DNA from: Alistipes sp.
GTDB lineage: Bacteria; Bacteroidota; Bacteroidia; Bacteroidales; Rikenellaceae
Direction: 5' to 3'
DNA: 28,863 bases
Assembly (NCBI GenBank): GCA_031285485.1
Contig: JAITWC010000023.1
Location: 1-28,863, forward strand
Below are positions 1 through 8,423 of this stretch, one piece after another. The first letter of the stretch is position 1. Every line of letters starts with the position of its first letter. A program made the translations under genes and the position numbers. The notes below the pieces were generated by a model, which was not told the origin of the DNA, ran no database searches, and worked only from the letters and a program-made list of their open reading frames with translations.

Positions 1-43
1 CATGAAATTCGAACTCCGCGAAAAATCCAGCGTAAACCTTTAG

Positions 44-98
44 GAATTAAGAGTCAGGGCTACGCGTAATTGTACCGCTTAGCCCTGACTCTTAATTC
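44..98 (-). other. Perfect 19-bp inverted repeat (stem-loop) 8 nt downstream of the GH43 stop; 3' stabiliser or atypical terminator
   Basis: Arms GAATTAAGAGTCAGGGCTA (44-62) and TAGCCCTGACTCTTAATTC (80-98), 17-nt loop; no clear U-tract on the minus strand. Confidence 0.75.
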
Positions 99-106
99 AT
101 AACTCA

Positions 107-2143
107 TCACTCGAAGTCCACCTTATAGGTCTTAACCACCCCGCGATAGTCAAACTTAATCGTCGCCTCACCATCGGGTTCATTGGGCTGCACGATTGTT
201 ACTTTCACATCGGGATTGCCGGCAGCGGCACTCATCAGCGGAGGCGAGATAGCCGAGGGAGCGACTCCCACCTTAGCCTCATAGAGGTCGTAACCTACAA
301 TACCGTTGGCATTGGTCGAACGAACAGGGGTCGGCGAGAGCGGGATCTCGATGCCGTTAGCCCAGATCTGAACACTCGGCGACACATGACGTTCAACGGC
401 GCGATCCTTGTCGCTGAATCCCAACCCTAACAGGTCGAACAGCGGGCCCCGGCCCTGACCACCGCGACCGGCCACTTCGGCGGTCAGATAGATGGCGTGT
501 TTTCCGCCGAGCCCTTCGATGGCCTGAGCCACGTCGATCGTAAACTGTCTTGCCACGGACGGGCTGCCCGCCGGAACCTCGATGGTACCGATCTGGCGTC
601 CTTTCCAGGTCGAGTTAGCCCACGGGCCGTCGAGCCAAACGATAACCCTGAACGGAGCCTGCGAGCGCGGAGTGAGCCACACGTTGAGCTTGGTCTGCCC
701 TCCCTGGGCAACACCTGCAAACGGGGTCAAACCCTTCGTAGCCTGGGCCAGACCGCCGAAACCGAAATATTTGAACCCAACTGTCGCACCCGCGTTCATC
801 GACACCGGCATGTGGTTGTCCCAAATATCCCACGAGTCCTGCATCAACGCCCCTTCGGTCAGATAAGCCGCGTAACCGGCCGACCAGAACCTGAACGGAT
901 CGAGGCCGTAAACCTGAAAACCTTCCGAAGTAACCTCGGCGCCGGTATATTCCGTACCGGCATTGGTGCGAGCGCTCCACTTGCCGTCGGACGCGTAGGG
1001 GTCGTAACCGCGGATCACCACCTTACCGCCCTGAGCAACCGGAGTTTCGTCGGCCTCGATCACGACGGGAGCCACCATAGCCTGACGCGCAAAGCCGAAA
1101 CCGCGCGGCGGACGGTGGTAGAACACATACCACTGGTCGTTGATCTGCTCGATCGAGCCGTGTGTGTTGTGACCGCCGTTGGTGAGCTGAATCCCCGAGC
1201 CGTCCTCGTTGAGCACCGGCCCACGCGAGTCGACCAGCACGCCGCCGATCTTCCACGGCCCGAGCGGGGTGTCGCCATAAGCGAAACGCAGCGTCGAGTT
1301 GGAGCTCGAAACGCCATAGTCGGGCCCGCTGTAACCGCTGTAAATAAGCAGGTACTTGTTGCCCACGCGGCGGATCGACGACGCCTCGAAGAAGTTGTAG
1401 TCGCCCGGCTTCTCGCCCGGATAGAGGTTGGGATACTGCGTTCCGGCCGGGTCTCTCACCTCGCCGTAGCGCACGCTCGCCGGCATGAAATAGGGGATCA
1501 CCTCGGTGCCGGGCCTCACGGAATACATCGTGTTCTGATCGAGCTGGGCAGCCAGCGACCTCTGGAATCCCCAGAAACCGTAAGCCCTGAAGCCGATCCG
1601 GTAGTCGGGGTCGCGGCGGTTGGTGATCTGCTCGACGTACACGCTCGGGTCGAACCCGAGTGTACTTCCGGCCACGACGCCGCGGCCGTCGGGGGTCATG
1701 TTGACGGGAGTGAACGGGCCGTCGGGCCTGTCGCCCCGTGCGATCATCGGCTCACGGTTCGCTCCGCGGCTGTGCGGATAGAGCCAGTACTCTTTCTTGC
1801 CGTCGCGACGTTTCACCTCCACCAGATCGGGCGCGTACATCACGTCCCACTGGTTGTCGATGTTGTAGGTAAAGATGGGGCCTTCGTCGATCCACGCGCT
1901 GAGGTCTTCGACGGGCGCCGACCACATTCTGATGTCGGGGCCGCAATAGCTGCCGAACCTCAGGTCGTGCGACCCGATGATGTAGGCGCGGAATTTTCCG
2001 GGATTGTCGGGATCTTCGAACACCCTCGGCTCGCCGTCGGGAATATGCTCCCACAGCGGCAGATAGGGGTTCTGAGCATGCGATTGTGTAACCGCGGTCG
2101 CAAGTGCCGCGAGTGTGACGATGGTCAGACAGATAATTCTCAT
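107..2143 (-). CDS. Secreted GH43 glycoside hydrolase (arabinofuranosidase/xylosidase-like) with C-terminal CBM6-like beta-sandwich and a small terminal domain
   Basis: Signal peptide (MRIICLTIVTLAALATAVTQSHA); GH43 five-bladed propeller motifs NPYLP..PDGEPRVF, YAPD, GFDPSV, FFEASS, GPW, NTHGSI..WYVFYHR; canonical Bacteroidetes promoter upstream. Confidence 0.85.
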   Translation of the reverse strand: MRIICLTIVTLAALATAVTQSHAQNPYLPLWEHIPDGEPRVFEDPDNPGKFRAYIIGSHDLRFGSYCGPDIRMWSAPVEDLSAWIDEGPIFTYNIDNQWDVMYAPDLVEVKRRDGKKEYWLYPHSRGANREPMIARGDRPDGPFTPVNMTPDGRGVVAGSTLGFDPSVYVEQITNRRDPDYRIGFRAYGFWGFQRSLAAQLDQNTMYSVRPGTEVIPYFMPASVRYGEVRDPAGTQYPNLYPGEKPGDYNFFEASSIRRVGNKYLLIYSGYSGPDYGVSSSNSTLRFAYGDTPLGPWKIGGVLVDSRGPVLNEDGSGIQLTNGGHNTHGSIEQINDQWYVFYHRPPRGFGFARQAMVAPVVIEADETPVAQGGKVVIRGYDPYASDGKWSARTNAGTEYTGAEVTSEGFQVYGLDPFRFWSAGYAAYLTEGALMQDSWDIWDNHMPVSMNAGATVGFKYFGFGGLAQATKGLTPFAGVAQGGQTKLNVWLTPRSQAPFRVIVWLDGPWANSTWKGRQIGTIEVPAGSPSVARQFTIDVAQAIEGLGGKHAIYLTAEVAGRGGQGRGPLFDLLGLGFSDKDRAVERHVSPSVQIWANGIEIPLSPTPVRSTNANGIVGYDLYEAKVGVAPSAISPPLMSAAAGNPDVKVTIVQPNEPDGEATIKFDYRGVVKTYKVDFE

Positions 2144-2177
2144 GGCTTAGTGTAATTAATAGTAGGTTGTAGGGGAG

Positions 2178-2208
2178 CAAAGATAACCAAACCCCCGATA
2201 AAAACAAA
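2178..2208 (-). promoter_or_regulatory. Bacteroidetes sigma-A promoter for the GH43 gene
   Basis: Minus strand TTTG (2208-2205) - N19 - TATCTTTG (2185-2178), a full match to TTTG-N19-21-TAnnTTTG, 34 nt before the ATG. Confidence 0.8.
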
Positions 2209-2358
2209 ATTCAAACACATCCGCCGCCTGCACGTATCGTGAAATGCACGGCGAAACGGCGATTTTCGGTCGGGCACCCGACGCGGACACCCGCGCGGCA
2301 CCTCCCCCAATCGCCGCGGACGGCAAAACCGTCCGCGCAACCCTTTCGCCGGTCGATT

Positions 2359-2552
2359 ATTCAACTAAACGGAGTCGTTTGGTATAATATTGGAATGATA
2401 TTCAACCAAATGACACTGTTCAGTCTAATCTCAAATTGCGATTCAACCAAACAACGCCGATCGGTCGAATAACAAACTGAGATTCGACCAAACAACACTG
2501 TTTGATTCAATCTCAAAATAATTTTAGACCAAACGACGTCGTTTGGTCTAAT
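2359..2552. repeat. Tandem array A: 5 x 41 bp (30-bp AT-rich imperfect palindrome + 11-bp variable linker)
   Basis: Units start at 2359, 2400, 2441, 2482 and 2523; the last holds a perfect 28-bp palindrome TTAGACCAAACGAC|GTCGTTTGGTCTAA (2524-2551). Confidence 0.9.
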
Positions 2553-2729
2553 AACACCATCTTCGCGGGCATGAACGGGACGAAACACACCCCGATCCGC
2601 TCCGGGGAGGTGTCAGCGGTGGCGGCGTGGCCCCACGCGGAACGACTGCATCGACCGGCCGGCCGACGATACCCGCTGTCGGGGCACGTTTCGGGGCCTG
2701 CACCCCGAAAGCAGCCGCTCCCGCCGGAC

Positions 2730-2778
2730 GAACAGGGAAGGGGATCGAAAGCAACAGCTTCGATCCCCTTCCCTGTTC
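2730..2778 (-). other. Perfect 20-bp inverted repeat (stem-loop) 8 nt downstream of the GH51-GH97 stop
   Basis: GAACAGGGAAGGGGATCGAA (2730-2749) / TTCGATCCCCTTCCCTGTTC (2759-2778), 9-nt loop; no U-tract follows on the minus strand. Confidence 0.75.
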
Positions 2779-2786
2779 CGGGTGTG

Positions 2787-5700
2787 TCAATTGGACAGGA
2801 CGAATCCGCCGCGGGGCTGGAGGGTGACTTTCACACTCCGGCCGCGGACGACATCCACCTCGCTTGCGACCGGGGCGCGCGACGGTTCGTCGCCGATGAG
2901 CGTCGCCCTCGAACCGGCCATCATCGGCAGGTCGAGTTCGAGTTCGAGGGCATCTTCCGTGGCGTTCACACCGCCGATGTACCATTTGTCGCCGCTGCGG
3001 CGCGCAATGACGGCGTAACGTCCGGGATAACCGTCGACGTAGCGCGTCTCATCCCACGTGGTGGGCACCTTCCGCATGAAATCCATCACGAAACCGCTCG
3101 TGCCGGTGAGGTTGTCGGGCGTGATGGCGAACATCTGCACCGGATTCTGGAACAGCACGGCCGTCGCCAGCTGGAAGGCGTCGGTGGTGAGACGCTCCGC
3201 CCCGCCGGTGTTACCCTTGTTGAGGAATTTGTTGAGCAGAACGCCGCCGAACTCCATCACCCCTACGCTGTTGCGGATGAAGGGGTGGAGCGAGGCGTAG
3301 TGGGCCTCGTTGTTGCGCACGTCCTGCGAGAAGATCAGCATCTCGGAGGCCAGCACCGCCTCGCTGCCGACGAAGTTGGGATACATCCGTTCCCAGCCGC
3401 GGGGCAGGGTGCTGCCGTGAACGATTATCATCAGCCCGTGGTCGTTGGCGTCCGACAACACGTCTTCGTACATGCGCATGGTCTCCTGCTTGTCGCCGCC
3501 CCAGAAGTCGACTTTCAGACCTTTCACTCCTATCTTTTGGAGCCACTTCATCTCCTTTTTGCGTTGGATGGAGGTGTTCATCCTGCTGCGCGGACCCTGG
3601 GGTGCGTCGTTGACGGTGCCGTTGGAGTTGTACCACAGGAACACGTCGACCCCTTTGGACCGGGCGTACCGGACGAGTTCCTCCATCCGTTCGTAGCCGA
3701 TGTTGGCGTCCCACAGCGCGTCGATCAGAATGTACTCCCAGCCCATCTCGGCGGCGAGATCGATGTATGTCACCTGGTCGTCCCAGTTCATGCTTGCGTC
3801 CTGCCACACGATCCAACTCCATGTTCCGCGGCCGTATGTGTAGTCGGTCGAAGGTTCGTAGAGCGGCTCTACGAGGTCGGAGGTGATGGTCGTCTCGACG
3901 ATCGGTGCGAGGTCGTCGCCCACGGTGATGGTGCGCCACGGAGTCACTCCGGGCAGACCCACCTGTGCGCCGACGCTCCCGAACCCGTTGTTCTCGGTCG
4001 GATCGGGGTAGGCCACCGTGTAGACACCGTTTTTGATGGCGCTCAGGTGCGACCCGCAGTAGAGGCTGGTCACTCCCGTTTCGGAGAGCAGCGCCCAACC
4101 GTTGTCGCCTATCTTGAAGAGGCCCGGGAAGACGTAACCCGTCGGCGAAGTGGTTTGTGCAATGGGCACATCGGCCTGGTATCCCGACTCGTAGCTGGGC
4201 GAAGTACGTGCGAATCCGCCCATGGTAGTCATCATGTAGGAGACGAAGGCGGTGGTTTGTGCGGGGAAACGGAAACCCGTCGCCTCGCTCTCCACCACGG
4301 CCGCGCGCCGGTCGCCCCACATCGGAAACTCGTAGCGCAGGGCCACATCGCGATCGCTCACCTGGAACACCACCGTCATCTGGCGTCCGGCCACGTTTTG
4401 GAACGTGTAGTTGAGCGTGTTGGCGTGGTATTCGTTATGCGAACTTTTGATCTTTGCCTGGGTGTAGGTTTTGTCGACCCTGCCCGCGGAACTCTCCACG
4501 AACGTGAGGTTGGAGGTGAAATCGCCCTCGTTGGAGACCAACCCCAGCGGCGAATCTTCGAGGATGGCGGTACCGCCGCGGTCGACCGAGTAAAGCAGCT
4601 TGCCTCCCTCGATGAAGATCCGTGCGCTCAGTTTTCCGTCGGGGCTGGCGACAGTCACTCCTTCGTGCGAGTAGGTGTTGACCGACGATTTCTCTATGGA
4701 CAACACTCCGGCCGAGTAAGGTTCGACGGTGAGGACGATGGCATTGTTCTCCGGTACGATGGCCCGGTGCATCAGTGCCACGGCGTTCTTGTTCTCCATG
4801 CTGTTTTCCACCGTCAGCGAGCCGGGGGCGTAGTAGTCATACTGCGCGTCGCCCGCGATGTTCGCCCAGTCGCCCCGCACAGTCAGCGTGCGTTCGCGTT
4901 CGGTGGGGTTCACGATCTTGACTATCACCCGGCGTCCATCTTCCGACAGCGTCGTGGCGATGTTCATGCCGGCCGCGCGGCCGGTGTAATCGAGCCTGTA
5001 CTTCGAGAAGTTGTCGTGCCACAGGCGCGTCACCTGATAGTTGGGAGCGGCGAAAGCGTCCTTGTAGTCGAAGTTGATGAAGGCGTTGTTCCACCCGTCG
5101 GCATCGGTGCGGCGCAGGAACAACGCGGCGGCTCCCAACTCGACGACCGGGGTCTGCTCACACATGTTGAGGAAACCTCCGGCGAAAAGGCCCGTCCGCC
5201 AGTCGATCGAGTTGAGGTTCCACTCCGAAATGTAGAGCTTGATGTTGGGGTTGGAACTTGCGGCGAACATATCGGCGTAACGCTGGTACTGAGTGCGCAG
5301 ACGCTCGGGGCCGGTTGCGTAGCCATTCGCACCTTCATAGTGGTGGAGGCTCATGTAGTCGAAGTAGTTGGCCGAACGCTCTATAAACTCAGCGTCCTCT
5401 GGGAATCCTCCGCACACTATGATCTTGATCGTCGGGTCGATTCGGCGCATGCCTTCGGAGAACTTGCGCACGGCGGCCTCGTATTTCTCGATGCCCATCT
5501 CCCACATCTCGTTGTCGATCTCCCAATACTTTATGTTGTAGGGCTCGGGATGGCCGTTGGCGGCGCGTTTGCTGCCCCACGCTCCGGTGGCGGGTTCGTT
5601 ACAGTAGGCCACCCAGTCGAGTGCGTCCTGATAGATACCTTCGAGTTCTTCCTCGGGGCGGTCGAAACCGACGCGCACCACCATCACCGGCTCTGTGTTG

Positions 5701-7202
5701 ATCTCGCGGCAGAAACGAATGAACTCGTCGGTGCCGAAGGCGTTCTGGTCGTAGTCGAGCCACATCCAGTGGGGCCACCTCTGGCGGTCTTTCTGCGGAC
5801 CGATCGCCCACTTCCAGTTGTATTGCGCCACGTAGCCACCGCCTGGCCAGCGCATCGAGGTGGGGCCGAGATCCTTGATCATCTTCAGAATATCGGGACG
5901 GAATCCGCCCAACTCAAGACCCGTGCGGGAACTCATCGTCACCTGGTCGACCTGCACCGAGCCGCCTTCGACCTGTATTGCGAAGTCGGCGTCACCGGCC
6001 CATGCTTCTCCCTCAAGCGTGAAAGAGTATTCTTGCCACTCGCCCGTGGGACGGCCCAGAGTCTGGCTCGCCACGGTTCGGTCTCCGGCCTTCAACGCGA
6101 CCGACAGTGTGCCCCGTCCGTCACCCTTTGCCCAAATCGAGCCGATGTAGGCTTCGCCGCTCTTGATGCTCTGCGGACCCTGCGTTATACCCGACAGCGA
6201 TGTTGCGGTTATCCGTTGCGAGTAGTCCATATTGACTGCGTCGCCCTTCACCATCTCGAAGGTTCCGCCGCCGAACGACTTCCACTGCGGAGCCACGGCC
6301 GGGATCTTCACATCCTCCGGCATGCCTTCGAACACCGTGGTGCGGCCGCCGTTGGTCGTGACTTTGATATTGCGATAGAGCGCCTCGGTGTAGTTGACCC
6401 ACAACACGAGGTCGTTGATAGCTTCGGCGTCGAGACCTCCGGCGTTCAACACCTGACGGTCGTCCCACCACACGCGGGCCCTGTCGCCCTTCACGGTTAT
6501 GCGTAGCTTGTGCCACGTGCCGCCCGTGTCGAGCCCTTCACGCGGGATGTAGTGGTCGGCCGGTTGCCACGAGCGCACGGTGCGCATCTGGCCCCGGGTC
6601 TCCGTCTCGGCGTCCACCCGGCGCGTGATGGCGAGGTTGGCCTTCGAGAGCGCCTCCCGGGCCCGCTGCAACTCTTGGGCGTTCGATCCCGGCATACCCG
6701 AGATCATCCCGGCGCGTTCGTACTGCGGGTCGAATATGCGGAAGAACCACGGCTCACCCCCGGCTCCGTTCTTGAAAGCGAAACGCATGTCGAGTGCGCC
6801 GCCGCTCCACCGACGTCCGGCCAGTTTGAAGGCGCGCCAGTTGACGTCCATAGTGATCTCGTAGTCGTTGCCCTCTACCGAGGTGAGGCGGATGGGCTGT
6901 TCGTAACGAGTGGGGGAATGAAGAACGGCGTCATCGTCGGCATACCAGCCGTCGAAGTATCCGTCGCGGGGAGTGATGCCCGGAAAATGTTCCGGCTCGA
7001 ACGTGCGCTCGAAGATCATCTCGTTCCAGACACCGTTACTCGGCGAAAAATAGATGTGTTCGAACAACTGTCCGTAGATCTTGCTGTCGATCAGACCGGC
7101 CACGCGGTTGGTCTCGATGTTGATCTCGGCGCGCTGTGCCACCGAGGGCGGCACGACAAAAAGCGTTGCGGCAATCAGAGGGATGAGATTTTTTTTATTC
7201 AT
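2787..7202 (-). CDS. Secreted multimodular glycosidase (1471 aa): GH51 alpha-L-arabinofuranosidase-like module with inserted beta-sandwich domains, fused to a complete GH97 module
   Basis: Start moved to MNKKNLIPL (7202), which gives a signal peptide and lies downstream of the -7 box. GH51 motifs IYGQLFEH, GFRPD..SMRWPGG, GTDEF, WEIDNEMW, ISEWN. GH97 motifs SPDGKL, YILIDALWD, GLKVDFWGGD, HGSTLPRGWERMYPN, VPTTWDET. Confidence 0.85.
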   Translation of the reverse strand: MNKKNLIPLIAATLFVVPPSVAQRAEINIETNRVAGLIDSKIYGQLFEHIYFSPSNGVWNEMIFERTFEPEHFPGITPRDGYFDGWYADDDAVLHSPTRYEQPIRLTSVEGNDYEITMDVNWRAFKLAGRRWSGGALDMRFAFKNGAGGEPWFFRIFDPQYERAGMISGMPGSNAQELQRAREALSKANLAITRRVDAETETRGQMRTVRSWQPADHYIPREGLDTGGTWHKLRITVKGDRARVWWDDRQVLNAGGLDAEAINDLVLWVNYTEALYRNIKVTTNGGRTTVFEGMPEDVKIPAVAPQWKSFGGGTFEMVKGDAVNMDYSQRITATSLSGITQGPQSIKSGEAYIGSIWAKGDGRGTLSVALKAGDRTVASQTLGRPTGEWQEYSFTLEGEAWAGDADFAIQVEGGSVQVDQVTMSSRTGLELGGFRPDILKMIKDLGPTSMRWPGGGYVAQYNWKWAIGPQKDRQRWPHWMWLDYDQNAFGTDEFIRFCREINTEPVMVVRVGFDRPEEELEGIYQDALDWVAYCNEPATGAWGSKRAANGHPEPYNIKYWEIDNEMWEMGIEKYEAAVRKFSEGMRRIDPTIKIIVCGGFPEDAEFIERSANYFDYMSLHHYEGANGYATGPERLRTQYQRYADMFAASSNPNIKLYISEWNLNSIDWRTGLFAGGFLNMCEQTPVVELGAAALFLRRTDADGWNNAFINFDYKDAFAAPNYQVTRLWHDNFSKYRLDYTGRAAGMNIATTLSEDGRRVIVKIVNPTERERTLTVRGDWANIAGDAQYDYYAPGSLTVENSMENKNAVALMHRAIVPENNAIVLTVEPYSAGVLSIEKSSVNTYSHEGVTVASPDGKLSARIFIEGGKLLYSVDRGGTAILEDSPLGLVSNEGDFTSNLTFVESSAGRVDKTYTQAKIKSSHNEYHANTLNYTFQNVAGRQMTVVFQVSDRDVALRYEFPMWGDRRAAVVESEATGFRFPAQTTAFVSYMMTTMGGFARTSPSYESGYQADVPIAQTTSPTGYVFPGLFKIGDNGWALLSETGVTSLYCGSHLSAIKNGVYTVAYPDPTENNGFGSVGAQVGLPGVTPWRTITVGDDLAPIVETTITSDLVEPLYEPSTDYTYGRGTWSWIVWQDASMNWDDQVTYIDLAAEMGWEYILIDALWDANIGYERMEELVRYARSKGVDVFLWYNSNGTVNDAPQGPRSRMNTSIQRKKEMKWLQKIGVKGLKVDFWGGDKQETMRMYEDVLSDANDHGLMIIVHGSTLPRGWERMYPNFVGSEAVLASEMLIFSQDVRNNEAHYASLHPFIRNSVGVMEFGGVLLNKFLNKGNTGGAERLTTDAFQLATAVLFQNPVQMFAITPDNLTGTSGFVMDFMRKVPTTWDETRYVDGYPGRYAVIARRSGDKWYIGGVNATEDALELELDLPMMAGSRATLIGDEPSRAPVASEVDVVRGRSVKVTLQPRGGFVLSN

Positions 7203-7253
7203 AGGGTTTAGCAGGTATTGGTTTGGTTCCGGTTCCATTGAACTACGGACTCG

Positions 7254-7261
7254 CAAAGTTA
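7254..7261 (-). promoter_or_regulatory. Bacteroidetes -7 promoter box for the GH51-GH97 gene
   Basis: TAACTTTG on the minus strand, 51 nt before the ATG at 7202; -33 box not canonical. Confidence 0.6.
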
Positions 7262-7416
7262 CTCAACTTTGGATAAAGAAAAAACACCACTGTCCACTAA
7301 AAGTTGGGCGGATTAAAAATTAAACAAATTTGGTTCACGTGAGCCATCGGGTTCTTTGAAAATATTAAGATTCGATCTGTCAAAAAGGTCTTCAAACGGG
7401 GTTTTGTCGGTGACGC

Positions 7417-7600
7417 AAACGGTAAATTTCTCGTTTTGGCCGTTGCCTCCGGGGGGCAAGCAGTAAATTCGTCATTTTGGTCGTTGCCTCCCGGGGGCAA
7501 GCGGGAAAATCGTCTTTTTGGCCGTTGCCCCCCGGGGGCAGGGAGGAAAATCGTCTCTTTGGTCGTTGCCCCCCGGAGGCAGGGAGGAAATTCCCCGTTT
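7417..7600. repeat. Tandem array B: 4 x 41 bp with TGCC(C/T)CC..GGGCA hairpin core, bounded by imperfect 13-bp terminal inverted repeats
   Basis: Units start at 7421, 7462, 7503 and 7544; ends AAACGGTAAATTT (7417-7429) and AAATTCCCCGTTT (7588-7600) are 11/13 complementary. Confidence 0.9.
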
Positions 7601-7602
7601 TA

Positions 7603-7645
7603 CCCCGCGGCGTCGGCCACGCAGGCGGCAACCGACGCCGCGGGG
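7603..7645 (-). other. Perfect 14-bp GC-rich inverted repeat 10 nt downstream of the thioesterase stop
   Basis: CCCCGCGGCGTCGG (7603-7616) / CCGACGCCGCGGGG (7632-7645), 15-nt loop; followed by TAAAA rather than a U-tract on the minus strand. Confidence 0.7.
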
Positions 7646-7655
7646 CGGGTGCTGA

Positions 7656-8411
7656 TCACCTCGCCGATCCTGCTATGGCGGCACGGCAGACCGAGACCCC
7701 GCTGGCGTTGCGTATGTCGAAGCGGTGGGTGACGCCGGTATCGGTGGCGGCTGCGGCGGCCGGGCAGATGGTCAGCGCCTCGCCCAGCGTTGCTTCGTGA
7801 AGGTAGTTGATGTCGAGCCTGACGGACGACAGGCCCGCCAACGCCCCGGCCGGGAGCGTGTCGACCATCCATTCGAGGTACTTCATGCTGTTCACGTGGC
7901 CGTTGAAGTCGATGTCGCTGTAAACCACGGTGTACGAACTCCCGGCGACCCCGTCCACGGGGCCCACTTTCAGGGGCCTGCCGACCGGCGGTTCGCGATC
8001 GACCAGCGAGCCGGCCCTGTTCGACAGCGACGAAAGGTCCAAAGGCCGCCGCGTGTCGAGGTCGATCATTGCCCACAGCGTCACCGCGGCCCCGAACTGC
8101 TCGCCAGCCCCGCCGCCAGCCCCGACGCCCGCAAGCGTCATGTTGCGGGTGGTGAACAGGCGCCCGTAGCCGCTCACCCAGGTGTGGATGTCGACCGGCT
8201 CCCCCCGCGAGGGAAGCCGGCGCAGCTCGACGGCCATGCGCGACAGCACCCACGAGGCGTTGCCGGTGTTGAGGTCGCTCACCCCGAAACCCGACATGTC
8301 GGCATCGTCGCCGGCCGCGCCGAGTATCAGGTCGCCCATCGTGCAGAGCCTTGCGTGCTGCGAGGCGTCGATGTCCCTCGACCCGATGCGGTAGCGGTAT
8401 GTTCCTGCCAT
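7656..8411 (-). CDS. Acyl-ACP thioesterase (FatA/FatB-like double hot-dog fold)
   Basis: SRDID near the N-terminus, WVLSRMAVELRRLP, W.SGYGRLFTTR, and catalytic-type YSDIDFNGHVNSMKYLEW; 12 bp downstream of trxA. Confidence 0.85.
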   Translation of the reverse strand: MAGTYRYRIGSRDIDASQHARLCTMGDLILGAAGDDADMSGFGVSDLNTGNASWVLSRMAVELRRLPSRGEPVDIHTWVSGYGRLFTTRNMTLAGVGAGGGAGEQFGAAVTLWAMIDLDTRRPLDLSSLSNRAGSLVDREPPVGRPLKVGPVDGVAGSSYTVVYSDIDFNGHVNSMKYLEWMVDTLPAGALAGLSSVRLDINYLHEATLGEALTICPAAAAATDTGVTHRFDIRNASGVSVCRAAIAGSAR

Positions 8412-8423
8412 CGGGAGCGGGGG

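Noticed and set aside
1-3. CAT at the window edge as the start of a further minus-strand gene
   Set aside because: Only one codon is visible, so it cannot be supported.
107-400. Lower GC (~54% versus ~62% hand-counted) in the 3' end of the GH43 gene as a recombination patch
   Set aside because: Small samples, modest difference and no visible breakpoint.
2502-6506. 1334-aa plus-strand ORF
   Set aside because: Antisense shadow of the GH51-GH97 gene; no motifs. High-GC codon bias (few TTA/CTA/TCA codons) keeps the reverse frame open.
7203-7256. Longer N-terminus for GH51-GH97 (MRVRSS...)
   Set aside because: It overlaps the -7 promoter box; the signal peptide starts at Met 7202.
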